DNA of 63,939 nucleotides, filler included, from Chiloscyllium plagiosum (taxonomy: Eukaryota): assembly GCF_004010195.1 (NCBI RefSeq). It is 6 parts of one record of this genome, joined end to end, with 100 filler letters (N's around TTAATTAATTAA, not from the genome) between each part and the next. Parts side by side here need not be neighbours in the genome. Positions count along the whole stretch, not along the records: positions 46,299 to 53,509 come from NC_057710.1; positions 53,610 to 58,815 come from NC_057710.1; positions 58,916 to 62,602 come from NC_057710.1; positions 62,703 to 63,939 come from NC_057710.1; 2 more parts are not named here. One strand, written 5' to 3'. The translations under genes were made by a program, and so were the position numbers. The notes under the pieces were generated by a model. That model had not been told where the DNA came from, ran no database searches, and worked only from the letters and a program-made list of their open reading frames with translations. Position 1 is the first letter of the stretch; every line of letters starts with the position of its first letter. Of this stretch, positions 49,390-62,809 are shown piece by piece.

Positions 49390-50200
49390 TAGAGTCATAA
49401 AGTCAGAGAGATGTACAGCATGGAAACAGACCCTTCAGTCCAACCCGTCCATGCCGACCAAATATCCCAACCCAATCTAGTCCCACCTGCCAGCACCCAG
49501 CCCATATCCCTCCAAACCCTTCCTATTCATATTCCCATCCAGATGCCTTTTAAATATTGCAATTGTATTAGCCTGCACCACTTCCTCTGACAGCTCATTC
49601 CGTAAACGTACCATTGTCTGGGTGAAAAGGTTGCCCCTTAGGTCCCTTTTATATCTTTCCCCTCTCATCGTGAATCAATGCCCTCAAGTTCTGGACTCCC
49701 TGACCCCAGGGAAAAGACTTTGTCTATTTATCCTATCCATGCCCCTCATAATTTTGTACACTTCTATAAGGTCACCCCTCAGCCTCCGATGCTCCAGGGA
49801 AAACAGCCCCAGCCTGTTCAGCCTCTCCCTGTAGCTCAGATCCTCCAACCCAGGCAACATCCTTGTAAATCTTTTCTGAACCCTTTCAAGTTTCACAACA
49901 TCTTTCCGATAGGAAGGAGACCAGAATTGCACGCAATATTCCAACAGTGGCCTAACCAATGTCCTGTACAGCCGCAACATGACCTCCCAAATCCTGTACT
50001 CAATACTCTGACCAGTAANNNNNNNNNNNNNNNNNNNNNNNNNNNNNNNNNNNNNNNNNNNNNNNNNNNNNNTTTGGCGTCGTCTGCAAACTTACTAACT
50101 ATACCTCTTATGCTCGCATCCAAATCATTTATGTAAATGACAAAAAGTAGAGGGCCCAGCACCGATCCTTGTGGCACTCCACTGGTCACAGGCCTCCAGT
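49390..50200 (-). mobile_element. CR1/HER1 3' part (with a gap)
   Basis: [31 protein letters not shown], and the 3' UTR. Confidence 0.9.
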
Positions 50201-51052
50201 CATGATAAAGGAGTCATACAGTGTGCTTTCAGTGCTCTTTTAAGTAAGAGAATTTTGCACAGTTGAAATAATTGCCAAATTAACTACCTCATTATGCATT
50301 TTGTTCTGGTATTTATTTTGATTGGAATCTGTTTTTCAAAATTCATTCATCGGCTTGCTGGCTGGGCCGACATTTGCCCTTGAGAAGGTGGTAGTGAGCT
50401 GCCTTCTTGAACTGCTGCAGTCCATGTGGTCCAGTTAAGCCAACAATGCTGTTTGAAAGTTCGATATTCCTGATATTCAACTTAGTGCCACTAGGTGGAG
50501 CACAAATACTAACCAATGCCAATGACACCACTATCCAGTCAATGCAGTTTCCTCAGGCCATCAACAAACTTGGTCCTCCAGAATGGAGTAAGTGTGCTTG
50601 TTTGGAATTGCAAGCTGGGTCACAGAAATCTTGAGCATCTGGGTAGATGAGCTAAACTATAAATCTATTTTTATTCCATCTGTGGACAGAGCTACACAGA
50701 ATCTGTAAAATTAGCATCAACAATTTTGCCAGGCCCAGTTGCTGAGTTAATATTAAGGAACTACAGGACTTTTAAGTTTCAGTTTTGATCCAGGCGTTAA
50801 TGAATAATACACTTCATTAGCTCTTTCCATTGGCATGAACGTAAAAACTGAAAGAAAGAACGACATGCGTTCGTACAATACCTGAAGATATCCCAAAGCC
50901 TTTTACAGCAAAATCAGAACTTCAGAAGTCTTGTCAGTATTGTAATTTAGGAACTATGGCAAACAATTATTGCACACATCAATTAACTAAATTATCTTAT
51001 CAGCTTTTTACATTAGATTCCCTACAGTATTGACACAGGCCCTTTGGCCCAA

Positions 51053-52650
51053 TAAATAAGAAAGGGATGATCACCTTATTGGGATTGTATTATAGACTCC
51101 TTAATAATCAGAGGGAAATTGGGAAACAAACTTGTGAGGAGATCTCAGCTATCTGTAAGAATAATAGGGTGGTTATGGTAGGGGATTTTAACTTTCCAAA
51201 CATAGACTGCCATAGTGTTAAAGGTTTAGATGGAGAGGAATTTGTTAAGTGCGTACAAGACAATTTTCTGATTCAGTATGTGGATGTACCTACTAGAGAA
51301 GGTGCAAAACCTGACCTACTTTTGGGAAATAAGGCAGGGCAGGTGACTGAGGTGTCAGTGGGGGAGCACTTTGGGGCCAGTGACCATAATTCTATTAGTT
51401 TTAAAATAGTGANNNNNNNNNNNNNNNNNNNNNNNNNNNNNNNNNNNNNNNNNNNNNNNNNNNNNNNNNNNNNNNNNNNNNNNNNNNNNNNNNNNNNNNN
51501 NNNNNNNNNNNNNNNNNNNNNNNNNNNNNNNNNNNNNNNNNNNNNNNNNNNNNNNNNNNNNNNNNNNNNNNNNNNNNNNNNNNNNNNNNNNNNNNNNNNN
51601 NNNNNNNNNNNNNNNNNNNNNNNNNNNNNNNNNNNNNNNNNNNNNNNNNNNNNNNNNNNNNNNNNNNNNNNNNNNNNNNNNNNNNNNNNNNNNNNNNNNN
51701 NNNNNNNNNNNNNNNNNNNNNNNNNNNNNNNNNNNNNNNNNNNNNNNNNNNNNNNNNNNNNNNNNNNNNNNNNNNNNNNNNNNNNNNNNNNNNNNNNNNN
51801 NNNNNNNNNNNNNNNNNNNNNNNNNNNNNNNNNNNNNNNNNNNNNNNNNNNNNNNNNNNNNNNNNNNNNNNNNNNNNNNNNNNNNNNNNNNNNNNNNNNN
51901 NNNNNNNNNNNNNNNNNNNNNNNNNNNNNNNNNNNNNNNNNNNNNNNNNNNNNNNNNNNNNNNNNNNNNNNNNNNNNNNNNNNNNNNNNNNNNNNNNNNN
52001 NNNNNNNNNNNNNNNNNNNNNNNNNNNNNNNNNNNNNNNNNNNNNNNNNNNNNNNNNNNNNNNNNNNNNNNNNNNNNNNNNNNNNNNNNNNNNNNNNNNN
52101 NNNNNNNNNNNNNNNNNNNNNNNNNNNNNNNNNNNNNNNNNNNNNNNNNNNNNNNNNNNNNNNNNNNNNNNNNGAAAAGATTTACAAGGATGTTGCCAGG
52201 GTTGGAGGATTTGAGCTCTCGGGAGAGGCTGAACAGGCTGGAGCTATTTTCCCTGGAGTGTCAGAGGCTGAGGGGTGACCTTATAGAGGTTTACAAAATT
52301 ATGAGGGGCATGGATAGGGTAAATAGGCAAAGTCTTTTCCTGGGGTCAGGGAGTCCAGAACTAGAGGGCATAGGTTTAGGGTGAGAGGGGAAAGATATAA
52401 AACGGACCAAAGGGACAACGTTTTCACACAGAGGGTGGTACGGCTATGGAATGAGCTGTCAGAGGAAGTGGTGGAGGCTGGTACAATTGCAACATTTAAG
52501 AGGCATTTGGATGGGTATATGAATAGGAAGGGTTTGGGAGGATATGGGCCAGGTGCTGGGAGGTGGGACTAGATTGGGTTGGGATATCTGGTCGGCATGG
52601 ATGGGTTGGACTGAAGGGTCTGTTTCCATGCTGTACATCTCTATGATTCT
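51053..52650 (+). mobile_element. CR1/HER1 ORF2 endonuclease and 3' end flanking a gap
   Basis: LGLYYR..MVGDFNFPNID..SDHNSI before the gap; RMLPGLEDLS..WNELSEEVVEAG and the 3' UTR after it. Confidence 0.88.
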
Positions 52651-52826
52651 CTGACCCTATAAGTCCACACCGACCCTCCGAAGAGTAACCCATCCAGACT
52701 GATTCCTCTACATTTACCCCTGACTAATGCACCTAACACTATAGACAACTTAGCATGGCCAATTCACCTATCCTGCACACTAAGTCACCATGCAGGCTGT
52801 TACAAACATACAAGAAGGATTAGGTT

Positions 52827-53121
52827 AGGGTGGCATGGTGGCTCAGTGGTTAGCACTGTTGCCTTACAGCACCAGGGTCCCAGGTTTGATTCCAGCCTCT
52901 GGCAACTGTCTGTGTGGAGTTTGTACATTTGCGCCGTGTCTGTGTGGGTTTCCTCCCACAGTCCAAAGATGTGCAGGTCAGGTGAATTGACCATGCTAAA
53001 TTGCTCATAGTGTCAGGTGCATTAGTCAGAGGGGAAATGGATCTGAGTGGGTTACTCTTCGGAGAGTCGGTGTGAACTGGTTGGGCCGAAGGGCCTGTTT
53101 CCACACCGTAGGGAATCTAAT
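52827..53121 (+). repeat. HE1 SINE (a partial minus-strand copy lies at ~52660-52780)
   Basis: GGGTGGCATGGTGGCTCAGTGGTTAGCACTG..GGTTTGATTCC..GGCCGAAGGGCCTGTTTCCACACCGTAGGGAATCTAAT. Confidence 0.9.
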
Positions 53122-53150
53122 TTAATAGAAAATGAACCCAAATACATACT

Positions 53151-53509
53151 CCCTCTGAGGACCCCTTCGCCCACCTCCAACACACTGCATCTACCTGGAC
53201 ACCCCGCGCTGGCCTATTACCTGCCCTCGACCTCTTCATTTCCAACTGCCGCCAGGACATTAACCGCCTCAACCTGTCGACCCCCCTCCCCCACTCCATC
53301 CTCTCACCCTCAAAATGCGCAGCCATCCAATCCCTCTGCTCTAATGCCAACCTCACCATTAAGCCAGCGGATAAAGGGGGCGCAGTGGTAATCTGGCGCA
53401 CTGACCTCTACACCGGTGAAGCCAAACGCCAACTCGAGGACACCTCTTCCTACTGCCCCCTCGACCATGACCCCACCCCCCATCACCAAACCATCATCTC
53501 CCAGACCAT
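53151..53509 (+). mobile_element. Penelope-like ORF N-terminal RT fragment
   Basis: LPALDLFISNCRQDINRLN..LTIKPADKGGAVVIW..DHDPTP. Confidence 0.85.
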
Positions 53510-53609
53510 NNNNNNNNNNNNNNNNNNNNNNNNNNNNNNNNNNNNNNNNNNNNTTAATTAATTAANNNNNNNNNNNNNNNNNNNNNNNNNNNNNNNNNNN
53601 NNNNNNNNN

Positions 53610-54043
53610 TTACCTTTGTTTAACTGTAACACCATTGCATCCGATTTTGCCTTCTCTCTTTCAAACTGCAGACTGAACTCTACCATATTATGATTGCTGC
53701 TTCCTAAGTGTTCCCTTACTTTAAGATTTTTTATAAAGTCTGGTTCATTACATAGCATTAGGTCCAGAATAGCCTGCTCCCTTGTGGGCTCCATGACAAG
53801 CTGTTCCAAAAAGCCATCCTATAAGCATTCCATGAATTCCCTTTCATTGGATCCACTGGCAACATTATTTACCCAGTCCACCTGCATACTGAAGTCTCCC
53901 ATGATCACCGTGACCTTGCCTTTCTGACATGTCTTCTCTATTTCCCGGTACATGTTGCGCCCCTGGTCCTGACCACTGTTAGGAGGTCTGTACATAACTC
54001 CCATCATGGTTTTTTTGCCTTTGTGGTTCCTCAATTCCACCCA
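53610..54043 (-). mobile_element. CR1 endonuclease fragment
   Basis: GVMYRPPNS..IMGDFS..EPTREQAILDL..SNHNMVEF. Confidence 0.85.
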
Positions 54044-55284
54044 CTTGCTTTTAACAAGTGTGGTGAGTTTCTAACTAGTCAGCAGTGTTCATCATTAAAC
54101 ATACTGTTAACAATACAACTCAGCTCATTAATATTCAGTTTCCCTATCTATACCAGCAAGATATTGAGAAAGTTTGATGTGCAATTAAGAATGAGGGCCT
54201 AAACCATGTTTATACCCAAACAGCATCTCAAGACCTGGTCCAACTGCACCAACCACATGTACCCTCCATCCATGGACACTGGTATATGGTATTTGTCGAG
54301 CCTTTGCAACCATCCTGATACCTCTCTGATATACCAGCAGGGGATTCTGTAACCACAGACCTGCACTGCAGGGAGATTGAGCAACTAACATTGGGAGGTG
54401 ACAGCAGGGACATTTTGCATGGATAAACAGGCACTCAGCTCACAGAATGGACCAGGCTACTTCTCAGCTCTCGCTCACTCTGTTAGCATTCACCCACTCC
54501 TCACTGACCTGCATACTCATCTGCCCTGTCATGCTATGCCAATTAGTGTAATCACATAACCAGGCAGCTGGCTTTGCTGACCAGCAGTCCTCAGTCAAGG
54601 TGGCTGACATCTTTCAGTACAGCAGTGAGCTCGGTCAGTCTCACTCCTGCATTATGTGCCAGCAGGTTACGCGGCAAACATGCAACAAGCAGACAGCTAT
54701 GTGTCAAAGTCTCCGGGCAGTAATGGTTCCCTGACCCTCAGTTGGGCCTAGTGGCATGTTCTTGTTCAGGGAGTCCATGTCTGTGAAGACCAGAGTCCCG
54801 TTTGTCCTTCAGCTGCCAGTCGGTGAGTTCTGGCTAATGTGTTTGGGAAGATGTAAAACCCCCACTCAGGGCACTTCTCCTGTAGGGATTTCTGATTAGG
54901 TCACTTGCTGGGATCAGGGGTAGGGCATGGTCAGGCAGTGGGGTCTGTCAAGTCCCTTAAGAATCCTTTTCCTATTTCTTACAGTCTTATAGTAAGGGAG
55001 GAATTGAGTGAGGTGGAAATGGATGGCAACACAGCAGTTGCTGCCACTACAAGTGGGCAGAAATGTATGAGATGCCCTGAGGGATTGGTTAGGTAGTACA
55101 GTAGGCATGCAGGGTTAGTAGTTTGGGTGGTTTTGGTATGGAATGGGGGAGGAAGAGGCTGAGGGTGTATGGCGGATAATGTTGTAAGCAATCGTGAGAG
55201 AGGCAGAGCATAAGCCTTGTGGGAGCTGGGTGCAGGAGCAGAGTTATAGTTAGTGAGAGGTGGCTGAGAGAAGAGTGTGGCACT

Positions 55285-55480
55285 CACCCCGTTGCAAAAG
55301 AGAAGCTTCTTGACTATCTCATACCAATGCTGGCTGCTCCTCTGGACATTTGCGTTGGCACTGACCCAGCTGGCAACCTTGGGGCAGGCTGGCAAGGCCA
55401 GGTGGCACAACCTCCTTTACTGGTCCTCAGGAAGAGAACTCCTCTCCCCCTTGACCAGGACCTCCAGGTCCCTGCTGGAT
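55285..55480 (-). pseudogene. Decayed Myb/SANT-like coding remnant, possibly of Harbinger/PIF type
   Basis: The minus strand reads SRDLEVLV...LPEDQ*RRLCHLALPACPKVASWVSANANVQRSSQHWYEIVKKLL, followed by a GTGAGT donor-like site. Confidence 0.4.
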
Positions 55481-56227
55481 GATTACAGTGATATTTTTCC
55501 CTTTCCCAGCATAATCTAGAAGTGTCCTTTGGAGACAGTTTCACAATCCCAGTACTCACCCGGGCACAGAATGGTTTTTTCAAAGATGGTGCAGACACCA
55601 GGGATGTTGGGTTTTCACTGAGTACCTGCTGAGGACTGAGTTGTTCTGGAAATGGTGGAGTCTGGAATCAGACTCTGGAAACAGGGCCACCATCGAGGAG
55701 GGGGAGGTAGTTAATGAGACGAGTTTGGAAAGATACAGTAACAAAACAAACTGGGTCTCGCTGCATGAATCTCTCCAAAAAACTCAATGCAACCTAGAAT
55801 TAGCCAAAAGAGGAAGCAATGACCTCATGGTACAATTAGGGCTGGGCAATAAATGCTGGCCCATTCTGTGAGTGAATTAAAAAAACCAAAAACATATGAT
55901 TCCGCACCCTAATAACTCATCCTCACATTGTCATTGGTCTCTAAGCATTAACTATCCAAGAGAAATGCACTGAGAACAGACTTTCCCTTGCCTGGTCTGA
56001 CCTCCACACTGCAGTTCTGTACTCCTGTGTCTCTATAACCTATCTCATTGCAGCAAGTTGATCATTTAGTTGGCCAGCTACCCCTGGGATCATACATGCA
56101 TGAGTTAACACTGCCCCGATTCTACCTCCATGAAAATTGTTGTGATTGGGTCAGGACTTGAAATTTCTGATTTCAAACATTTTCACTGTCCATCGCAGCC
56201 AAAATTTCAGCCTCCTGTTCTCTCTCT

Positions 56228-56475
56228 GAGAGTCATAGAGTCATACAGCATGGAAACAGGCCCTTCAGCCCAGTCAGCTAGTTCCAGTTGCCCGCATTAG
56301 GTCCAAAACCCACTAAACCCTTCCCATCAATGTATTTATCCAAATGTTTTTTGAATATTGCTACTGTCCCAGCCTCAACCACCTTCTCTGGCAGCCCATT
56401 CCATATACGCACCACCCTCTGAGTGATGAGGTTACCCCTCAAGTCCTTCTTAAATCTTTCCCCTCTCACCTTAAA
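56228..56475 (-). mobile_element. CR1 3' fragment
   Basis: FKVRGERFKKDLRGNLITQRVVRIWNGLPEKVVEAG, with a (GAGTCATA)2 tail. Confidence 0.85.
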
Positions 56476-57544
56476 CGTTCCATGGATGCTGCCATAGCTG
56501 CTGAGATTTTCCAGCACTTTCAATTTGTAATTCTCCAGCATCAGGACTATGCCTTTATGTTAGGGAAAAAACAAAAGTGGAAAAAAGTCAAAGAAAATTC
56601 TAAATATATCTTAAAAAAAGAGTAATCTTTTGTGCCTCACAAATATCACTGGGATCAAATCTACCAAACAGTCTATGCTATTGGCAGTAAAAAGCATTGA
56701 AAGATTTTTCTTTTAAGAAAAGTCAATGGAGTGAAAAATGTTTGAAGAAATTTAACAAAAAGTCATTCAGGGCCTGCCCTCAATAGTTAAAACTTGTCAA
56801 CATTGTCCACAGGAAGGTGACCCAATGTAGCAGGAATTCATTGCTGCAGATACTGTGTATTTATTGCAGCAATTGCGTAACTTACTATTCCACAAAGAAT
56901 GCATCATGCCCCAAGGTGCTTTTTGCTTCTAAATGGATAGGGGCTGCTGTTTGTCTTTCTGTACGGAACCTCAGCAAGGACGAAGATGGGCATGTCTGGT
57001 GAAATCAATCTGATAACTGATAACATCATCCTAAGAGGAAGTGACTGTTCTGAAGTTCTGACTCACAACGACACAACAGAATACTGTTATAATGAATGCC
57101 CCAATGAACTTTTCACTCACCAGTATATTTTATTTTGGTGTGGATGTTTTTTATGTGGGGTGTGTTGGGCAGTCTACTGAATGCTGCTTTTTCTGCTTAA
57201 CTTACAGCTGTCATCAGATAATGGGGCTGCCAGACTCAAATGCAAAATCCAAAGACATGGTGGCTAAACATCTGAGTCCAGATCAGAACGTTTAACCTGC
57301 AGCAGTTGAGGTGTTTGTTTGTATGAGGTTAAGTGCTGTATTGGGTGCTGGGATTTTGCTGTGTTTGTGAAGTTTGGATTCTTTCAGATGCTTCTGCTGA
57401 ATAATGCATACAGCCAGGTTCAAAGATGTTGAGCGAGATGCATAATATGAATGACCAGGTTGTGTGCGATTGCTTGACAAAAGCGTGTTTGTAGAGTATG
57501 CCATTTTGAAACCTAACTCTTCAATGGGTCTTATGATGAGGAGT

Positions 57545-57963
57545 TGAAAAGTGTGGTGCTGGAAAAGCGCAGCAGGTCGGGCAGCATCCGAGGAGCAGGA
57601 GAATCTACGTTTTGGGCATAAGCCCTTCTTCAGGAATGCCCGAAACGTCGATTCTCCTGCTCCTCGGATGCTGCCTGGCCTGCTGCGCTTTTCCAGCACC
57701 ACGCTTTTCAACTCTGGTCTCCAACATCTGCAGTCCTCACTTTCTCCTTATGATGAGGAGTCAAGATTAGAGTGGTGTTGGAAAAGCACAGTAGGTCAGG
57801 CAGCATCTGAGGAGCAGGAAAATCAACGTTTCAGGCAGGAGCTCATCATCAGGAATTGTCCTGATATTTTCCTGCTCCTCGGATGCTGCCTGACCTGCTG
57901 TGCTTTTCCAGCACCACTCTAAACTTGACTCTGATCTCCAGCATCTGCAGCCCTCACTTTCAC
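57545..57963. mobile_element. Two adjacent palindromic Penelope pLTR-derived elements sharing a triplicated target
   Basis: CTTATGA(T/C)GAGGAG at 57530, 57747 and 57964. Confidence 0.9.
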
Positions 57964-58360
57964 CTTATGACGAGGAGCCTAGTTTATTAAAGACCTAAAA
58001 CTGTATGTAACAGTTCAACCCCACTGTTCCCAATTCTAGGCTCCCAAAGGATGGGGCCAAGAGTGTTAATGCAGGATTGGGGGAAGAAAGAATAAGAGCT
58101 TGGAGATAGGAGAAGCCCTGGGGTTTGGAAATTTCCTCCCTGTCCCTGACCGGGAGTTCTTAGTATGTGGGTTTCATGTCAATGGTGCTAATACAAAAGA
58201 AACTTGCCTGATCTGTTTTCTATGTATGTCGATATTTCAATAGTGCCGATTCAGAAAGCTAACCTCGTCCTGGTAGCAATGGAGCAAAGGGAAAATTGAG
58301 GAAAAATCATCATGGAGCTGCTTTTGAGCAACTTGACTTGAGGCGGTCAAAGAACAAATC

Positions 58361-58815
58361 ACATCGAACAATTCTTCCGTCGCCTCCGCCTCCGAGCTTA
58401 CTTTCACAATCAGGACTCCCGCCCACCTTCCGAGGACCCCTTCGCCCACCTCCAACACACTACATCCACCGGACACCCCGCGCTGGCCTATTACCTGCCC
58501 TCGACCTCTTCATTTCCAACTGCCGCCGGGACATTAACCGCCTCAACCTGGCGACCCCCCTCCCCCACTCCAACCTCTCACCCTCATAACGCGCAGCCCT
58601 CCAATCCCTACCTCACCATCAAGCCAGCGGATAAAGGGGGCGCAGTGGTAGTCTGGCGCACTGACCTCTACATCGCTGAAGCCAAACGCCAACTCGAGGA
58701 CACCTCTTCCTACCGCCCCCTTGACCATGACCCCACCCCCCATCACCAAACCATCATCTCCCAGACCATACAGAACCTCATCACCTCAGGAGATCTCCCA
58801 CCCACAGCTACCAAC
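58361..58815 (+). mobile_element. Penelope-like ORF N-terminal fragment
   Basis: IEQFFRRLRLRAYFH..LDLFISNCRRDIN..KPADKGGAVVVW..NLITSGDLPPTA. Confidence 0.85.
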
Positions 58816-59210
58816 NNNNNNNNNNNNNNNNNNNNNNNNNNNNNNNNNNNNNNNNNNNNTTAATTAATTAANNNNNNNNNNNNNNNNNNNNNNNNNNNNN
58901 NNNNNNNNNNNNNNNTTCATCCTTTCCAGAATTTCCAACACCTCTTCCCTACATACCTCAAAGTCGTCCATTCTAATTAATTGTGACTCAGTATTCACAT
59001 CGGCAACAATGTCCTGTTCCTGAGTGAATACTGACGAAAAGTATTCATTCAGTGTCTCCCCAATCTCTTCAGCCTCCACACGCAACTTCCCATTACTATC
59101 CTTGACCCACACGCAACTTCCCACTACTATCCTTTTATTCTAATGTACATGTGCTTTAGCCAATTCTCATTGGGATGAATATTTTTTCTACCAACAAAGT
59201 TAATATCTTG

Positions 59211-59452
59211 AAAACAAAAATTTGCTGGAGATCACAGCAGGTCAAGCAGCCTCCATGGAGAGAAAGCAAGCGACCGTTTTGAATCTAGATGACTCTTCAA
59301 TCAGAGCTGGTGAAGTGTGGAGGAGACAGCATTTATGCTATAGTTGAGGGTGGAGTTGGAGTGCTGGGGGAGAAGGGATGTTGGTAGTTCAGATTAAGTG
59401 ATCAGAATGTGATAATGCCAGAACAATGGTGTGTCTAACTTCCAGATTGGAA
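59211..59452 (-). mobile_element. Penelope-type terminal repeat, third variant
   Basis: GCTGGAGATCACAGCAGGTCAAGCAGC..., with a degenerate minus-strand core CTGATTGAAGAGTCATCTAGATTCAAAAC. Confidence 0.55.
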
Positions 59453-60070
59453 ACATTTAGGTATTTTTTTAGAGATAATTTAACGAGCTTATTGTAGATA
59501 CAGGCAACAGCAGGCCAAACATTGTGCACAAGAGGCAAGCAATAAAATTGTGTTGCATTCAAATCTTTAATTTGTCAACTGTAAAATATGCCCTTATAAT
59601 GTCCTGACAATGATATGCAAATCAACATTTTATAGTATCAGCAAGCTCTGCTTTGATCTGAAATTGAATCAGTTCAAGCAGATTTTGAGCTAGATATTTA
59701 TCTGGATGATTATTGGTGGATCTAGTGCCATCCTAAAACTGGAGGAAGGTTTTTTATTGAAAAGGTACAGACAACTGTATCATGAGGTATTTGGTATCCA
59801 TTGATTCCCAATCTTGAAGCTGTACACTTAGATTTAGCTGTACCTACTGGAGTTTGTGTGACAAGATCTTACGCCATTACCATCTGCAACACTTTCTCAA
59901 ACACAGTCTATTAACAAATTAATACATCCTATTACCATAGTGTACAGAAGAGGTTTACCAAGAGGTTACAAGACTTCAGTTATATGGTGAGATTGGAGAA
60001 GCTGGGACGGATCTCCTTAAAGCAATGGCAGTGAAAAAAACCATTTGCAATTATGAGGTTTTTCTACTTA

Positions 60071-60942
60071 TTGTATATACTTGTGTAAAAGTCAAAGTCA
60101 ATTTCATGTAAAAGTCAACCCCTTATTTTTGGCCAAAAAATCTTATATTTTCCATATATCTCATGTAATAGTCGACCCTACTATATTGCATTATAAACCT
60201 AACACAAAGGAAACTGCACGTTCCCATTAATCCACTTAAATGAAATCGCATTCATTCAGTCATAACTCTACTTAGTTCACTTGGCTTACTACAGCATACT
60301 ACAGCATTCATTCATTTATTCAGACTCATACTAAGTCTATCGGTACTTTGTTCACTATACATCCAAAACTTAATATCCTTAAAAAGTTAATTATTTTCAT
60401 TATGCCAATTTATCTGAATAAAAAGGAGATATATTAGCTCTATATATCTTTAATTCTTTGACAAATTTGTTAATGTTGCTGAGGTTCATTACATACGAGA
60501 GTAAATGGGAGGGAAGTAGAAGAATTTGGCAGGAAAGTTCAAGACACTTACACATTCAGAATTTAATAAATGTTTCATTTTAAGTGTGCCATTATACCAG
60601 TCCATAATGATGTTGAACAGTGTGATTTTGCAGGATTTCAATGAATCTTTGACATGGTAAATTTTCAAACCAGTATGTATAAATAAAATTTATAACCAGT
60701 AGTAATTCATTCTTGTTTCTCTTGCTTTTATCCGGTAATTACCTTTACCATAATTCACTGTGTGTTTCTTCTTTACCCGTGATTAGTTGAGCGATCAAAT
60801 TGACTTCTACTAATAATACGGCATTTCAAAGTGTACCATGAATTTCAACCCCTCAAAACTCGTGCCCGTGTAATAGTCGACCCTATAAATTGAACCTTTA
60901 AAAATATACTAAAAAATTTGACTTTTACACAAGTATATACGG
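60071..60942. mobile_element. Tc1/mariner-pogo type MITE (872 bp, TA TSD) inside an old CR1 3' fragment (~59938-61280)
   Basis: TIR GTATATACTTGTGTAAAAGTCAAA (60073-60096) / TTTGACTTTTACACAAGTATATAC (60917-60940). TA at 60069-60070 and 60943-60944. No ORF. Confidence 0.88.
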
Positions 60943-62315
60943 TATTCAAACTGTTTCATCTGGTAAGTGGGTCAGCAACCATTGATTTAAGATGAAGGTC
61001 AAAACAACTTGAGAGGAAATCAGGAAAAATGATTTTCACACAGCTAAGATCTGGGGTGCACTATCTGAAAGGGTGATGGAAGCAGACTGTGCAGAAATAT
61101 TCAAAAAACAACTGCACAAATACTTCAAAAACAACTATTTAACAGGGTTCTGAGGAGGAAATACTGCAATATGGGAATAAGGTTCAATAACTGAAGCCTA
61201 AAGTCGACTGATAGTCCGAAAGTGACATGCAGCCTGTGGACAGCACAAATTGCCTCTTACTATGCTGTGAGATTCTATGATTTAAGATGTTCATCAATTT
61301 TCCCCAGGAGGAAGTACATGAGACCACAGCATTTCTATGAAATGGTAGATTTTCTGAAAGTAAAACAATCTCATTGATGGTACACGCAAACTCTTTGCTT
61401 TTATGGGTAGGAAAAGTTTCTATTAATGTGCAGTTGATTGTAGAACATAAGAATCAGACCATGTAAGTATATGCCAGATAGCCTAAAGACAACTAAAGCA
61501 ACTTATTGCAGGTTGCAAAGGGAAAACAGAATTACAGTCACGGTAACAAGTTAATTAAAGGAGGAAGTTCCCAACCTTCCACAGCGGGTTCTATCTGATC
61601 CCACTGTAGAGTTTAAAGCTGTGTTTAAAGTGACTGAACCTGATATTTGTGAGTGACTGGACCGGTGTCCAGCAATATCAAAGCCTGGCATCTGTGGAAA
61701 TGTTCAATTTCACAACCCACACCATGGGCTCATCTGATGAGTATTCACACTCAGGAAGATAACTTCTCTCCTGTGATGGTTTCTAATAAAGAAGGTAACC
61801 TGATTCTCAATTGAGCCCCACAGTTATTTCTTTCATGTGAAATGGACAGGACTATAGACAATCATGAACAAAGTGGCATGTTCATCTGTTAAGGCTTCCA
61901 GCTGGGCATAAAAGTGAACCAAAGTTGAACTGGTTTCATATTAATCAGCTAAAAAATATTAAATAATATGTATTTCACCTCTTTTAGTTTCAGATTAATT
62001 AGGACATGTTGGAAATGGAATTTATCAACATTGTTCCAACAAAGGGCTTTCCTTTCAGGAATCAGGTCGTGTATGAACTTGCACTGCAAATGAGACTACA
62101 GAAGATAAATGTTTTACTCAGGACTATTTAATACGATTGTTTATTGTGAATATTGCAAATGGGAATCTGACGTGTTAAACTAATATGCTGAGAACAAAAC
62201 ATGGAACACAGTTGTGTACAATTTCAAACTCATATTTTACTTCAGATCAAACAAATTGCCAGTAACAATTTGTTCTTAGGTTCAGTCTTTAACATTTAGC
62301 TTAGAGTTCATTTTA

Positions 62316-62602
62316 TAGACAATAGACAATAGGTGCAGGAGTAGGCCATTCTGCCCTTCGAGCCTGCACCGCCATTCAATATGATCATGGCTGATCATTC
62401 CTAATCAGTATCTTGTTCCTGCCTTATCTCCATAACCCTTGATTCCACTATCTTTGAGAGCTCTATCCAACTCTTTCTTAAATGAATCCAGAGACTGGGC
62501 CTCCACTGCCCTCTGGGGCAGAGCATTCCACACAGCTACTACTCTCTGGGTGAAGAAGTTTCTCCTCATCTCTGCCCGAAATGGTCTACCCCGTATTTTT
62601 AA
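62316..62602 (-). mobile_element. Young CR1 3' end
   Basis: (TAGACAA)2 tail; near-identical to the reverse complement of 5042-5220. Confidence 0.88.
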
Positions 62603-62809
62603 NNNNNNNNNNNNNNNNNNNNNNNNNNNNNNNNNNNNNNNNNNNNTTAATTAATTAANNNNNNNNNNNNNNNNNNNNNNNNNNNNNNNNNNNNNNNNNN
62701 NNGGATGCTGCCTGACCTGCTGCGCTTTTCCAGCAACACATTTTCAGCTCTGATCTCCAGCATCTGCAGACCTCACTTTCTCCCCAATTTAGATTTTACA
62801 TCTCACTCC

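Noticed and set aside
51067..52278. 403-aa ORF (likewise those at 27565-28732)
   Set aside because: Length is inflated by translated N gaps.
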